Source: Kiloniellaceae bacterium (GTDB lineage: Bacteria; Pseudomonadota; Alphaproteobacteria; Kiloniellales; J153). Taken from it: a stretch of 64,000 nt of DNA. The DNA is taken from assembly GCA_021776135.1 (NCBI GenBank), contig JAJFGL010000059.1:19852-83851 (forward strand), read 5' to 3'. Shown here piece after piece: positions 17,171 to 28,926 of this stretch. Under the pieces are notes generated by a model. The model saw only the letters and a list, made by a program, of their open reading frames with translations, was not told the DNA's origin and ran no database searches. Position 1 is the first letter of the stretch. Each line of letters begins with the position of its first letter. The position numbers were made by a program, and so were the translations under genes.

Positions 17171-19414
17171 ATGCCGCACTCGACTTATCTTCCGGAACGC
17201 ATGGGCACGGCGAGGGTGGAGCCGCAAGGCGACTTCGCCGCCGGTTCGTTTCAGGAATTCACCCTCACTTACACCGCCGGAACCTTCGGTATCGACGACA
17301 CCGGCTCGATCAAGGTCGTGCATCGCTTCGCCAGCGATATGGGCCGGCCCCAATTCGCCGACCCCAAGGCGCCTAATTATATCAGCGTCGAAGCCTCCAA
17401 TGGCGCTGTTCTCCACGCCGATTACGACATGAAAAGTAATATTCGGCCCTGGGACAAAACACTCTACATCAAGGTCGTACGGGGTTTTCTGCGCGAAGGC
17501 GACCGGATAATCGTGCGTTTCGGCGACCGGCGCCAGGGCAGCCCCGGCATACGCCTGCAAACCTTTTGCGAAGATACATTCGAGTTTCGTGTTCTGGTAG
17601 ACGCCATAGCGACCTACAATTACGTGGAATTGCCCGAACAAGCGGCAATCCGCATCGTGGCCGGCGCGCCGGTGCGCTGGAAGGCCATCTTGCCGAGCAT
17701 GCGGCGGGCGGGCGAAGCCTTTCGCCTATGCCTGAAGGGCGAGGATGCCTGGGGCAACCCAAGCGACCGGGGCCTGCACGAATTCCGTTTGCGGACTTCT
17801 TGCCCGCTGGAGGGATTGCCCGAGCGGGTGAGCATCCCCGAGGGTGAGTTCACCCTTGTGCTCGACAATCTGCGCTGTGCCGAAGCGGGAGATGTGATCG
17901 TCAGTCTGATCGATGAAGAGGGCCAAGTTTGCGCCGACTCCAATCCTCTTCGAATTGTCTTGGAAGCGGCGCTTCTGCCCTATTGGGGCGATTTGCACGG
18001 CCAGTCGGAGGAGACGATCGGCACCAACTCGGCCCGCGACTTTCACCTTTTTGCCCGCGATAAAGCATTTCTCGACGCGGTATCGCACCAGGGCAACGAC
18101 TTTCAGATCACCACGCCTTTTTGGAACCACCTGAACGAGCTAACGGCGGAGTTCGACCAGCCGGGCCGCTTCGTCGCTTTTCCCGGCTACGAGTGGTCCG
18201 GTAATACCGGCATGGGCGGTGACCGCAACGTGCTGTACATGAAGGAAGGCCGGAATATTTACCGCTCTTCTCACGCCCTGATCGACGATCTCTCCGACAT
18301 CGACAGCGACGCCCACACCGCCGCCGAGCTCTTCGCGCGATTGAAGGGCGAGGACTGCGTGGTCTTCGCGCACATCGGCGGACGCTACGCCGATATCAAG
18401 ATGGCGCACGATATTCGCCTTGAACGCTCGGTCGAGGTGCACTCCGCCTGGGGCACCTTCGAATGGTTACTGGAAGACGCCCTGGAACAAGGATACCGCG
18501 TCGGCATCGTTTCCAATTCCGACGGGCACAAAGGCCGGCCCGGCGCCAGCCATCCCGGCGCCACCAAGTTCGGCGCCTATGGCGGCCTGACCTGTATGCT
18601 GGCCCCCACATTCGATCGCGCCGGCCTGCTCGACTCCCTGCGCAAGCGCCATCACTATGGCACCACCGGGTGCCGCATGCACCTGGAGGTCAGCGCGCAC
18701 TTCGACAGCGCGGCCGAGATTTTCGACCAGGATCCCAATCTCGGCCCCTGCGCCTCGAGGCAAACCCAAACCGCCATGATGGGCGATATCCTTCGTTCGT
18801 CCGAAACCTCGCTTGAGTTGCGCATTGGCCTGCATGGTTCCGCGCCGATCGAGCGCATCGAGATCCGCAATGGATTGGACGTTTTGGAAACCTACCGTCC
18901 TTATGGCGAAGCGGATCTTGGGCGGCGTATCCGGGTCATCTGGGAAGGCTCCGAATACCGGGGCCGGGGCCGCGAGACCCTGTGGGACGGTCACGCGGTC
19001 TTGAGCGGCAACAGCTTCGATAAAACCCAGCCCATCAACCGCTATAACCTGGACAAGCGCTTCGAGCGGCCAAGGCGGGACCGCCTTGAATGGACCGCTC
19101 TGACAACCGGCGGCTTCGGCGGCTTCGATGCCTGGCTGGGCGATGCCCGAAGCGGAACCCTGACAATCGGCACGGCCCTGGTGCAAGCGGAAATACCCAT
19201 TGCCGAGATCGGCCTCGAAGACAAAGCCTTCGAGGCCGGCGGTATCGGACGGCGCATTCGCGTCTTCCGCATGCCGGACGATAACCCGCACCGGGAATTC
19301 ACCCTAAGTCGGCATATAAAGCTGCGCGGCCAAGGCGACAACGCGATCTATCTGGCGATCACGCAAGAAGACGGCCACCTCATCTGGTCAAGCCCGATTT
19401 ATGTTTTCCGGTGA
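17171..19414 (+). CDS. Large conserved protein with a PHP/DUF3604-like metal-dependent hydrolase core
   Basis: 747-aa ORF with a GGGAG SD. Central His/Asp-rich motifs YWGDLHGQSEET, FPGYEWSG, FAHIGG and SNSDGHKGRPG. No signal peptide is visible. The family assignment is from memory only. Confidence 0.55.
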   Translation: MPHSTYLPERMGTARVEPQGDFAAGSFQEFTLTYTAGTFGIDDTGSIKVVHRFASDMGRPQFADPKAPNYISVEASNGAVLHADYDMKSNIRPWDKTLYIKVVRGFLREGDRIIVRFGDRRQGSPGIRLQTFCEDTFEFRVLVDAIATYNYVELPEQAAIRIVAGAPVRWKAILPSMRRAGEAFRLCLKGEDAWGNPSDRGLHEFRLRTSCPLEGLPERVSIPEGEFTLVLDNLRCAEAGDVIVSLIDEEGQVCADSNPLRIVLEAALLPYWGDLHGQSEETIGTNSARDFHLFARDKAFLDAVSHQGNDFQITTPFWNHLNELTAEFDQPGRFVAFPGYEWSGNTGMGGDRNVLYMKEGRNIYRSSHALIDDLSDIDSDAHTAAELFARLKGEDCVVFAHIGGRYADIKMAHDIRLERSVEVHSAWGTFEWLLEDALEQGYRVGIVSNSDGHKGRPGASHPGATKFGAYGGLTCMLAPTFDRAGLLDSLRKRHHYGTTGCRMHLEVSAHFDSAAEIFDQDPNLGPCASRQTQTAMMGDILRSSETSLELRIGLHGSAPIERIEIRNGLDVLETYRPYGEADLGRRIRVIWEGSEYRGRGRETLWDGHAVLSGNSFDKTQPINRYNLDKRFERPRRDRLEWTALTTGGFGGFDAWLGDARSGTLTIGTALVQAEIPIAEIGLEDKAFEAGGIGRRIRVFRMPDDNPHREFTLSRHIKLRGQGDNAIYLAITQEDGHLIWSSPIYVFR

Positions 19415-19551
19415 CGCGGGCCGGCCTTCGCCGGGTCTGAAACCTAGCTGTATTTTCCCAACTTCGCGGACTTGATATAGCGCAAGGCAGCAGACGCGCC
19501 GGAGCGCGATACTATCTTCGCGCGTGTTTCTTGGCTTGCTGGAGGGACGGC

Positions 19552-20307
19552 ATGAGGCGGTTGTTGCTTGGTCTGTTTTTCCTCACTTACACCCTGACCC
19601 CGGCGTGGGCGGCTGAGTGGCCGGCGGGCAACGCCGCGGCCGGACGAGAGGTTTTCGAGGCTTATTGCGCCGAGTGCCATAGCCTGGACCCAGAAGCGCG
19701 GGGCAAGCGCGGGCCGCATCTGGCCAAGTTGCTGCAGCGCCGCTACGGCGCGGTCGAGGGATTCCCCTACCGCATGGTTTGGACTCGGGCCGACCCCAGA
19801 TGGACCCCGGAACACCTCCATTCCTACCTGGAGATTCACCGCCTGGGCGAAGCGCGGTTGCGTGCCGATGCCATCGCCTTTCTGCAGGCGGCGACAAGGG
19901 GCACGGGGATGGACCTCGACTTGGGCGATCCGGTCGCGGGCGAGCGCCTGTACAACGCCAAGTGCGCGTATTGCCATAGCCTGGTCCGCGAGGCCGCCGC
20001 CAAGGCGCCCGCCAAAGACCGATACCGGGAAATCACCCGCGCCTTGGAACGCCATCCCTGGGAACCGGCCCTTTCCCAAGCGGAGTCCGCCACCGTGAGC
20101 GAGCGCGTGCGCCGGGGCCCGCATTTGGCCGGGTTGCTGACCCGGCCGCCCGGCGCGGCTGTGGATTTTCCCTACCGCTTTGTGTACGAGATTCCCGGCC
20201 CGGCCTGGACCGCCCCCGATCTCGATGGCTATATCGAGTTCCACGCCCGGCTCAAGCCGCTGGAGCGCGCCGACCTGATCGCCTTCTTGGCTAAGACGGC
20301 GCGCTAG
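19552..20307 (+). CDS. Diheme c-type cytochrome (two class-I cytochrome c-like domains), secreted
   Basis: Two CxxCH motifs (CAECH, CAYCH), each followed by RGPHLA-LL-R--GA--FPYR. Signal peptide MRRLLLGLFFLTYTLTPAWA. GGAGGGA SD before the ATG at 19552. Confidence 0.85.
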   Translation: MRRLLLGLFFLTYTLTPAWAAEWPAGNAAAGREVFEAYCAECHSLDPEARGKRGPHLAKLLQRRYGAVEGFPYRMVWTRADPRWTPEHLHSYLEIHRLGEARLRADAIAFLQAATRGTGMDLDLGDPVAGERLYNAKCAYCHSLVREAAAKAPAKDRYREITRALERHPWEPALSQAESATVSERVRRGPHLAGLLTRPPGAAVDFPYRFVYEIPGPAWTAPDLDGYIEFHARLKPLERADLIAFLAKTAR

Positions 20308-20326
20308 AGGGGACGGGAAAAGCGTT

Positions 20327-21586
20327 CTATCGCCGCCCTCCGGCTAGGCGCGAGGACTCCGGATGGGCGCGCAGGCGGGCCATGGCCCAGACCCCCAGGA
20401 AAGGGCCGAAGGCCAGGGGCATGAAGGCCCAGCGCCAGCCTAGGGCCTCGATCCATATGGGCATCAGGTGAATGGTGATGAGCGTGAGCGTAAAGCCGAG
20501 CGCGGTCTGAAGCGTCAACATGGTGCCGACAAGGAAGCGGTTCGACAACTCGACGATTGAGGCCGAAAACTGAGCCGAGTCGGCGACGATGCTAAACCCC
20601 CATATCAGACAGATGGCAAGCAAGAGCCAGGGCGGGCCGGCAAAAAAAAGACCGATGGTGGCAGCGCAGGTGCCTGAGACCGCCATGGCCAGCATGGTCA
20701 AGGTCGTGCGGCCAAGGCGGTCAGCGAAGATACCCCCGGCCAGGCAGCCGATGGCGCCGATACCGACCGTGGCGAAGGTCGCCAGCTTGGCCGCGAAGGG
20801 CGCGATATCCGGCGCCAGGGTCTGGGCAAAGCTGGCATGTAGAAAGACCCCGACCCAGGCCCACATGGCGTACAGCTCCCACATGTGGCCGAGGTAGCCT
20901 AAATTGGCCAGGCGGACCGGCTTGATCTTCCAGGCCCAGAGCACAAAGCCCGGTTTGAAAGGCGGAGCCGCTTGAACGTTCGGGCCCAGGCCCACGGCCA
21001 GTATGGCCAAGCCGCCCAGCAGCGCGGACAGGGAGGCCAAGGCCAGGGTCAGGCGCCAATCGATGCCCCCCAAGGCGCTGAAGAGATGCGGCGCGGCGGA
21101 GCCGAGAGTCAGGCCCCCGACCAGCAGCCCAACCAAAAGACCCATGTCGCCGCCGGCGCCGCCACGGGCCCAGGTCGCGGCGATCTTCATGCCGACCGGA
21201 TAAACCCCGGCCATGCACACCCCGGTGGCGAAGCGAAACCCCACGACCCAGAGGGACGTGGGCTCGACCAGAAGCAGGGCGCCATTGGCGGCTGTGGCGA
21301 TCAGGGCGCTGACCAGAAAGAAGCGCCGGGGATCGATCCGGTCGGCCAAGCCCAGAACCGCGCTGGTCAGGCTGCCGGCGACGAAACCGGCCTGGACGCT
21401 GCTGGTGAAAAGGGACTTGGCGAAACCGTCGAGCCGGTATTCGGCGCTGAGCGCGGGAACGATGGCGGAGGCGGAAAACCACAAGGCCATGACCGCCACT
21501 TCGGCCAGGCACAGTATGGTTAACGAGCCCCATTTCGACCCGGCCAGTATACGGCGGTTTTCTCTCATCGGGAAAAGGGCTAACAC
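20327..21586 (-). CDS. MFS transporter
   Basis: 419 aa with about 12 TM spans and the loop GLADRIDPRR. Confidence 0.8.
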   Translation of the reverse strand: MLALFPMRENRRILAGSKWGSLTILCLAEVAVMALWFSASAIVPALSAEYRLDGFAKSLFTSSVQAGFVAGSLTSAVLGLADRIDPRRFFLVSALIATAANGALLLVEPTSLWVVGFRFATGVCMAGVYPVGMKIAATWARGGAGGDMGLLVGLLVGGLTLGSAAPHLFSALGGIDWRLTLALASLSALLGGLAILAVGLGPNVQAAPPFKPGFVLWAWKIKPVRLANLGYLGHMWELYAMWAWVGVFLHASFAQTLAPDIAPFAAKLATFATVGIGAIGCLAGGIFADRLGRTTLTMLAMAVSGTCAATIGLFFAGPPWLLLAICLIWGFSIVADSAQFSASIVELSNRFLVGTMLTLQTALGFTLTLITIHLMPIWIEALGWRWAFMPLAFGPFLGVWAMARLRAHPESSRLAGGRR

Positions 21587-21645
21587 TGTCGCCGGTGATC
21601 TTGCACGAAGACAATCGTAACAATTGCGCGAGCAAAGGACGAAAC

Positions 21646-22059
21646 ATGGCCTATTGGTTGATGAAGTCGGAACCCGGCAGCTACTCCTGGGACGATTTAA
21701 CCGCCGACGGCACGACCCATTGGGACGGCGTGCGCAACTATCAGGCTTCCAACAACATGAAGGCCATGAAGCTGGGCGACCGGGCCTTCTTCTATCACTC
21801 GGTCAAGGACAAGTGCGTGGTCGGTATTGTCGAAGTGGTCAAGGAGTATTACCCCGACCATACCGACGCCAAGGGGCGTTTCGGCATGGTCGATGTCAAG
21901 GCGGTCAGGCCCTTCGCCGCGCCGGTAACCCTGGCCCAGATCAAGCAGGAAGCTGAGTTGAGCGATCTGGCCCTGGTCCGCCAATCGCGCCTATCGGTCC
22001 TGCCCATAGGCGCCGGTGAATGGCGCAAGATCTGCGCCATGGGCCAGACCGAGGCCTAG
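21646..22059 (+). CDS. EVE domain protein (PUA-like)
   Basis: MAYWLMKSEPGSYSWDDL...WDGVRNYQASNNMKAMKLGDRAFFYHS. Confidence 0.85.
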   Translation: MAYWLMKSEPGSYSWDDLTADGTTHWDGVRNYQASNNMKAMKLGDRAFFYHSVKDKCVVGIVEVVKEYYPDHTDAKGRFGMVDVKAVRPFAAPVTLAQIKQEAELSDLALVRQSRLSVLPIGAGEWRKICAMGQTEA

Positions 22060-22079
22060 AGCCCTTTTTTCGATCCTAC

Positions 22080-22098
22080 GGACCCATTCGATGGGTCC
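22080..22098. terminator. Hairpin between convergent genes (bidirectional terminator candidate)
   Basis: GGACCCA-ttcga-TGGGTCC, flanked by a T-run on the plus side (cccttttttcg) and by ctttcc on the minus side. Confidence 0.45.
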
Positions 22099-22119
22099 AT
22101 CGGAAAGAGCTCTAGGTAT

Positions 22120-22605
22120 TTAGCTCTTCGAGAGTTTCCGCACGGCCTCGCCGAGAGCGGCCAGGAGCGCCTCTTCCTGCGGCCCGCCATCGCCGCGGAC
22201 TTGGTTTTGAGCCACCAGGTTCATGAAATCGATATGGGCGGCGATCAAGTCCAGATTGCGCGCCGCACAGGCTTCGTCACGATCGATAAAGCCATGAAGC
22301 ATGTGGCCGACTTGGGTCAGCAAGGGATAGCCTAGGGTCTGCCCTTGCCCTTTTACCTCGTGACTGACCTTTCGGATCTGTGCGATGGCGTCCGGGTCCG
22401 GCGGAACACTGGCCTGGGCTTTGTTCATGGCCGCGTTGATCGTTTTAAGATAGTCGCTGATCCAGTCTTCGTACTGGTCCGACATGTCATCCAGCGCGGC
22501 CTCGGCCTGCTTGACGATCTGGTTCAGGTCCAGGCCCGGCTTGTTGCCTATCTTGGCACGCAACAGGTTGGGCACTTTGATGATTTGCGGCGTCTCGTCA
22601 CTCAT
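22120..22605 (-). CDS. Hpt (histidine phosphotransfer) domain protein
   Basis: 161 aa, all-helical, with the Hpt signature SHEVKGQGQTLGY (H-x-x-K-G). Starts 18 nt downstream of the response regulator. Confidence 0.7.
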   Translation of the reverse strand: MSDETPQIIKVPNLLRAKIGNKPGLDLNQIVKQAEAALDDMSDQYEDWISDYLKTINAAMNKAQASVPPDPDAIAQIRKVSHEVKGQGQTLGYPLLTQVGHMLHGFIDRDEACAARNLDLIAAHIDFMNLVAQNQVRGDGGPQEEALLAALGEAVRKLSKS

Positions 22606-22623
22606 GCTCGGCGGTCCTTGGCG

Positions 22624-23136
22624 TTACGCGACGTTATCGCTTAATTCCGCGTCTTCGCGGCGTTCCGGGCCTGAGTAGTTGGGATCCTTATTACGGCGGC
22701 GGCAGGGCCCGAAATAGCGTTTCGACTTCACGAAGGGCCGCGGGCTTTCAATGATGGAAACCAGGCGCGAATAGAGCGACTTGATGGAGATCGGTTTGGC
22801 CAAAATCTCATTGACGCCCGAATCGCGCGCTTCGAAAACACGGTGCATCTCGGTATGACCGGTCAGGAGAATAATCGGGACGTAAGGATTGGGACTGTCC
22901 GCACCCTTACGTACCAGGCGGACGAAATCCAAACCGTCCAGCGGCTCCATGGCCCAGTCGGTGATGACGATGTCGGGGTGCCAATTGCGCAATTCCATGA
23001 AGGCGTCCGCCGCGTTGTCGCTGAAGCGGATGTTCTTGATACGCATGGAGTTGAGAATCGCCTTAACCACCATGTGCATGTGCTTGTTGTCGTCGACAAC
23101 AAGAATACTAAGCGCTTCCAAGCTGATACTTGACAT
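22624..23136 (-). CDS. Single-domain CheY-like response regulator with an Arg-rich C-terminal extension
   Basis: Receiver motifs ILVVDDN, DIVITDWAMEPLDG and ILLTGH...AKP, followed by an extra tail PFVKSKRYFGPCRRRNKDPNYSGPERRE. Confidence 0.85.
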   Translation of the reverse strand: MSSISLEALSILVVDDNKHMHMVVKAILNSMRIKNIRFSDNAADAFMELRNWHPDIVITDWAMEPLDGLDFVRLVRKGADSPNPYVPIILLTGHTEMHRVFEARDSGVNEILAKPISIKSLYSRLVSIIESPRPFVKSKRYFGPCRRRNKDPNYSGPERREDAELSDNVA

Positions 23137-23188
23137 GAATCCTCGACACGCCGGCGCGGGATGATAAATTTATATAGGTTGTATGAAT

Positions 23189-23204
23189 CGTGTATTAATA
23201 CACG
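23189..23204. promoter_or_regulatory. Perfect 16-bp palindrome CGTGTATTAATACACG in an AT-rich divergent intergenic region
   Basis: Read directly, 53 nt upstream of the response-regulator ATG and about 155 nt upstream of acs. Candidate operator; the binding protein is unknown. Confidence 0.3.
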
Positions 23205-23358
23205 CATTAAGGGCATGATTGACCGGAACCGGTGCCTAATCGTTCACTCGCGCGCTTGTGCGGAGAGCCTAAATCCGTAAATAATTACAGGATTAATAAT
23301 TGGCGCCTTGGCCGGCGATGCCGCCTAGCCAAAGGTTTCGAGAATGGGAGTGCCCAAG

Positions 23359-25299
<1,941 letters not shown>

Positions 25300-25321
25300 A
25301 TTTCCAGCAGGTTTGAAGCTT

Positions 25322-25355
25322 CAAAGAGGCCGGCGGGAACGCCGGTCTTTTTCTT
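25322..25355 (+). terminator. Rho-independent terminator of acs
   Basis: CCGGCG-ggaa-CGCCGG stem with extended A/G:T pairing, followed by tcttttttcttt. Confidence 0.7.
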
Positions 25356-25454
25356 TGCGCGCGCCCTGATCCTTAACTTCGCAAGACTCGGATGGATATG
25401 AACACGGCCTAAGGTCACCTTTTCCTGAACTAACCCCCCAAAGGAGCTAAGTTC

Positions 25455-25928
25455 ATGACCCAGGTTCGTTTTTTCTCCATGCCCAGTAAAGAGGCCGAGG
25501 CTTTTTGGGCAGGCGGCCTCGACGCCAACGGACAAGAGCCGGAAGTCCACGTTTCTAATGGCGTCGGCGTACCCTGCCGGCATTGCCAGCAAGAAGTCGC
25601 CGAGGGTGACTCCTATCTAATCCTCGCCTACCGGCCGTTTCCCGAGGCGCAGCCCTATGCCGAAACCGGCCCGATCTTTTTGCATGCCGAGCCCTGCGCG
25701 CGTTACGAGGAAAACGGGCGCACACCCGAAATTTATCTCAAGTACGAAAGTTATCTCCTCAAAGGTTATGGCGCCGATGACCGGATCGTTTATGGAACCG
25801 GCCAGCACGTCCCCCCAATAGATATGCGCGATGCCGCGGCTATAATTTTCAAGCGCGACGACGTGCGTTACGTGCACGTACGCTCGTCCTTGAATAATTG
25901 CTACGCATGCCGCATCGACCGGGACTAA
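25455..25928 (+). CDS. DUF1203 domain protein
   Basis: 157 aa with pattern GVPCRHCQQEVAEGDSYLILAYRPF...PYAETGPIFLHAEPC. AAGGAG SD. Confidence 0.65.
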   Translation: MTQVRFFSMPSKEAEAFWAGGLDANGQEPEVHVSNGVGVPCRHCQQEVAEGDSYLILAYRPFPEAQPYAETGPIFLHAEPCARYEENGRTPEIYLKYESYLLKGYGADDRIVYGTGQHVPPIDMRDAAAIIFKRDDVRYVHVRSSLNNCYACRIDRD

Positions 25929-25981
25929 TTGCCGTCATGCTCTCGACCGATTTGGCCGCGATCGCATACACGAAACTTAGC

Positions 25982-27163
25982 TCAACACGCGGAAACCAAT
26001 TCAGTCTTCTCCGGACAGCAATGCGGCAGGTACATGTCTGCGACGGCCAACAGGGTTGCGGCCGAGGCGACGACACCGAGAAAAACATAAAAACCGGTCG
26101 GGCCGATCCGCTCCATAGCGAACCCGGCTGCAATAGGCCCACAAAGGGCCCCGGCATTATAAGCCAGTAAACCTGCGGTCGCCGCCAAGATGACGTTCCG
26201 CCCTCCCACGGCATCGACGATGCGGCTGAGGCCGAGCACGTAGAGGGGAACCAGACAACCACCGGCAACAACGCTTGCCGCGGTGACCGTCCAGAATGAC
26301 GTGGGGTGCATGAGGGAAACAAAACCGCAAGCCAACACCGAGAGTCCCGCTATGAACATGGCGACCGGCATGCGCCCAAAACGATCCGCGAGAGCGCCGA
26401 TGGGAATCGCGGTAACAGCCGGAGCGACAAGAACGATGCCAACGAATAGGGCAATGGGGACGGTGTCGTAGCCTAAGGCATGTGCGTATACCGCACTCAA
26501 ACTGTAAAAACTGGCATTGGCGATCCCGCCGCAGAAAGCAATCGCGAGCGCAAAGGGGAAACACCGAGCCAAGCCTGTTATTCCGCTTGAAAGCCTGCGG
26601 GCTTTTGTCTTTGGGTTCGGGGCGTCATTGAACAGCGCGGGCACGAAGGAAACCGCATAGCCGATCGCAACCAGTGTGAAGCTCGTCGTTGTTGCCCCTA
26701 CGACGATGAGCGAGGGACCGATTGCGGTTGCCAGCAGGCGCAGCGTTTCAAATCCGGCGAACAGCCGCCCACGGGTTTTCCGGGTGGCGAGCGCCGGCAC
26801 CCAACTGTCAACCACGATGTAGTAACCGCCAAGGGCATAACCACCAAGGAAGCGAAGGCCGAGCCATACATATGGATCGTCAAATAGGGTCAACGCGAAA
26901 GTAGCCACGCCTGCAAGCATGGACATGGCGAAGAATGCGGCCTTGTAACCAACGCGGTTCAAAACCCAGCCATAAGTGAGCGCGCCCATCACCGAACCGG
27001 TGTAATAGAGCGACGTCACGGAACCAACAAATGCTTCACCAAAACTCAGGCGGTTAAGTTCCAGGGCAACAAGTGGAAACAGGGCGCCTGTCGAAATACC
27101 GAAAAAAGGGGCCGCAAGGAACAGCCACCCCGCACGGCGAAATATCCCTGAAGATTTTGACAT
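25982..27163 (-). CDS. MFS transporter (visibly lower GC than its neighbours)
   Basis: 393 aa with about 12 TM spans and the loop GALADRFGRMP. An AT-rich upstream region follows at 27164-27279. Confidence 0.8.
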   Translation of the reverse strand: MSKSSGIFRRAGWLFLAAPFFGISTGALFPLVALELNRLSFGEAFVGSVTSLYYTGSVMGALTYGWVLNRVGYKAAFFAMSMLAGVATFALTLFDDPYVWLGLRFLGGYALGGYYIVVDSWVPALATRKTRGRLFAGFETLRLLATAIGPSLIVVGATTTSFTLVAIGYAVSFVPALFNDAPNPKTKARRLSSGITGLARCFPFALAIAFCGGIANASFYSLSAVYAHALGYDTVPIALFVGIVLVAPAVTAIPIGALADRFGRMPVAMFIAGLSVLACGFVSLMHPTSFWTVTAASVVAGGCLVPLYVLGLSRIVDAVGGRNVILAATAGLLAYNAGALCGPIAAGFAMERIGPTGFYVFLGVVASAATLLAVADMYLPHCCPEKTELVSAC

Positions 27164-27279
27164 AAGAATATACTCGTGGTTTCCACCATATTAGCATATT
27201 TCCATATTTCCGCAATAATGAAAATAACGATACAGAAGAAGCGATCGCCAGCCGCAACACCCGTAATTGAGTCTATGAC

Positions 27280-28803
27280 CTAGCCATCTAAAGCCTTGGC
27301 CAGCCTGATGACGCTGTCCTCGATCGCGTCCTCCTGCACGGCGGCGTAGCCGAGCAGGAGACCGGGATCGCATTGGGCCTCGACCGCGTAGCCGGACAAG
27401 GCGGAAACGGCGACCCCCGCCCCGGCGGCGCGGGCGGCGGCTTGCGTGTCGCTCATGCGCCGCCCAAGCGCCGGGGTTAGGCGGGCGACCAGGTGCAAAC
27501 CGGCCTCGTCCGGGGACAGCAAGAGCTTTCCGTCCAGCCAGCGCCGCGCGGCCTCAAGCAGGGCTTCCTGGCGCGCGGCGTAGTGCCTGCGCATACGGCG
27601 CACATGGGCGCTGAAATGACCTTCCGCGATAAAGGCGGCCAAGACCGGCTGAACCACGGCGGAAGGGTGATCGTCGAGCGCCGCGCGCACTTGGGTCAAA
27701 GGCTCGATCAGGTCTTTGGGGACCACCAAATAGCCAAGGCGCAAGGAGGGAAACATGACCTTGGAAAACGTACCCGCGTAGATAACCCGCCCGGCGCCGT
27801 CTCCGCTATCCGCCTCGAGACCTTGAAGCGCGGCAAGGGGCCGCCCGGCATAGCGGTATTCGCTGTCGTAATCGTCCTCCAGAATCCAGGCCCCCGCCGA
27901 GCGGGCCCAGTTCAAAAGCTCCAACCTGCGGCCAAGGGACATGACTACGCCCAGAGGAAACTGATGAGAGGGCGCGACCACGGCCAAGCGCGCCTTCGGC
28001 GCCCGGTCGCGGCCCTCGGCCACGGATAGGCCCTGGTCATCGACGGGTATTTGGACAAGACGCGCGCCCGCCGCGATCAAGGGTCCGCGCAAGCCCGCAT
28101 AACCCGGATCCTCGCACCAAACCGCGTCGCCGGGATCGAGCAAGGCACGGGCCACCAGATCGAGCGCTTGCTGCGCCCCGCTGGTAATCATCACCTGCCG
28201 CCAATCGCAGCTCAGGGCGCGGGTCGCGCGCAGATACTCGGCGATGGCCTCACGCAAAGGCCGGTAGCCGGCCGGATCGCCAGAGTGCGGCAAAGCCGGC
28301 ACCGGCCGCCGCCAGGCCGCGCCCAAGATACGGCCCCAGACATCGAAGGGAACTTGCGAGACATCGGGACCCAGCATGAAGGCGCCTACTGGACCGCGCG
28401 GCCGAAAACCGATTTTCGCCAGGGCCCGCCCGCGCGCCGACAGGGTAGCGCTTCCGCCGCCATGAGACTTCGGCCCAGCAGCCTCAACGCCAGCCGCCAG
28501 CGCCATGAAAGGGTCGGGCAACAGCCGCGAGACGTAGGTGCCCGACCCGCGCGACCCCGCCAAATAACCTTCCGCGAGCAAGAGATCATAGGCGCTCAGC
28601 ACCGTGTTCCGGGAGCAGCCGAGATCGCGCGCCAAGGACCGGGTCGCGGGCAGGCGCACACCCCCAGCCAAGCGGCCGCTGAGGACGTGGCCGCGAATTT
28701 GATTGTAAAGCTGCCGGTGTTTCGCCCCCGCCTTCGCGCCCGCCACAAGGGTCAAGGGTACGAAGGGTGGGGCCGCGCGGCGAAGGTATCGGGAAGAGGC
28801 CAT
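27280..28803 (-). CDS. MocR/PdxR-type regulator (GntR HTH fused to a PLP-dependent aminotransferase-like domain)
   Basis: N-terminal LPATRSLARDLGCSRNTVLSAYDLLLAEGYL, followed by a fold-type-I domain with YAGTFSKVMFPSLRLGYLV (PLP-Lys context). Confidence 0.85.
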   Translation of the reverse strand: MASSRYLRRAAPPFVPLTLVAGAKAGAKHRQLYNQIRGHVLSGRLAGGVRLPATRSLARDLGCSRNTVLSAYDLLLAEGYLAGSRGSGTYVSRLLPDPFMALAAGVEAAGPKSHGGGSATLSARGRALAKIGFRPRGPVGAFMLGPDVSQVPFDVWGRILGAAWRRPVPALPHSGDPAGYRPLREAIAEYLRATRALSCDWRQVMITSGAQQALDLVARALLDPGDAVWCEDPGYAGLRGPLIAAGARLVQIPVDDQGLSVAEGRDRAPKARLAVVAPSHQFPLGVVMSLGRRLELLNWARSAGAWILEDDYDSEYRYAGRPLAALQGLEADSGDGAGRVIYAGTFSKVMFPSLRLGYLVVPKDLIEPLTQVRAALDDHPSAVVQPVLAAFIAEGHFSAHVRRMRRHYAARQEALLEAARRWLDGKLLLSPDEAGLHLVARLTPALGRRMSDTQAAARAAGAGVAVSALSGYAVEAQCDPGLLLGYAAVQEDAIEDSVIRLAKALDG

Positions 28804-28827
28804 GAGTGCCGGAAAGAGTTATTGATG

Positions 28828-28880
28828 AAAAGTGGCTCCATGGTTTATCGCAAAGCGGCTCTTTCTATACAACCACTTCG
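28828..28880. promoter_or_regulatory. Candidate MocR operator: repeated AAAG(T/C)GGCTC boxes
   Basis: aaaagtggctc (28828-28838) and aaagcggctc (28852-28861) lie 23 nt apart, and an inverted ccactt sits at 28873-28878, all within the divergent intergenic region. Confidence 0.35.
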
Positions 28881-28926
28881 CGGTTAGCTTGGCGCCTGAA
28901 CCCTGAAACGAAAGGCCAGAGCAACC

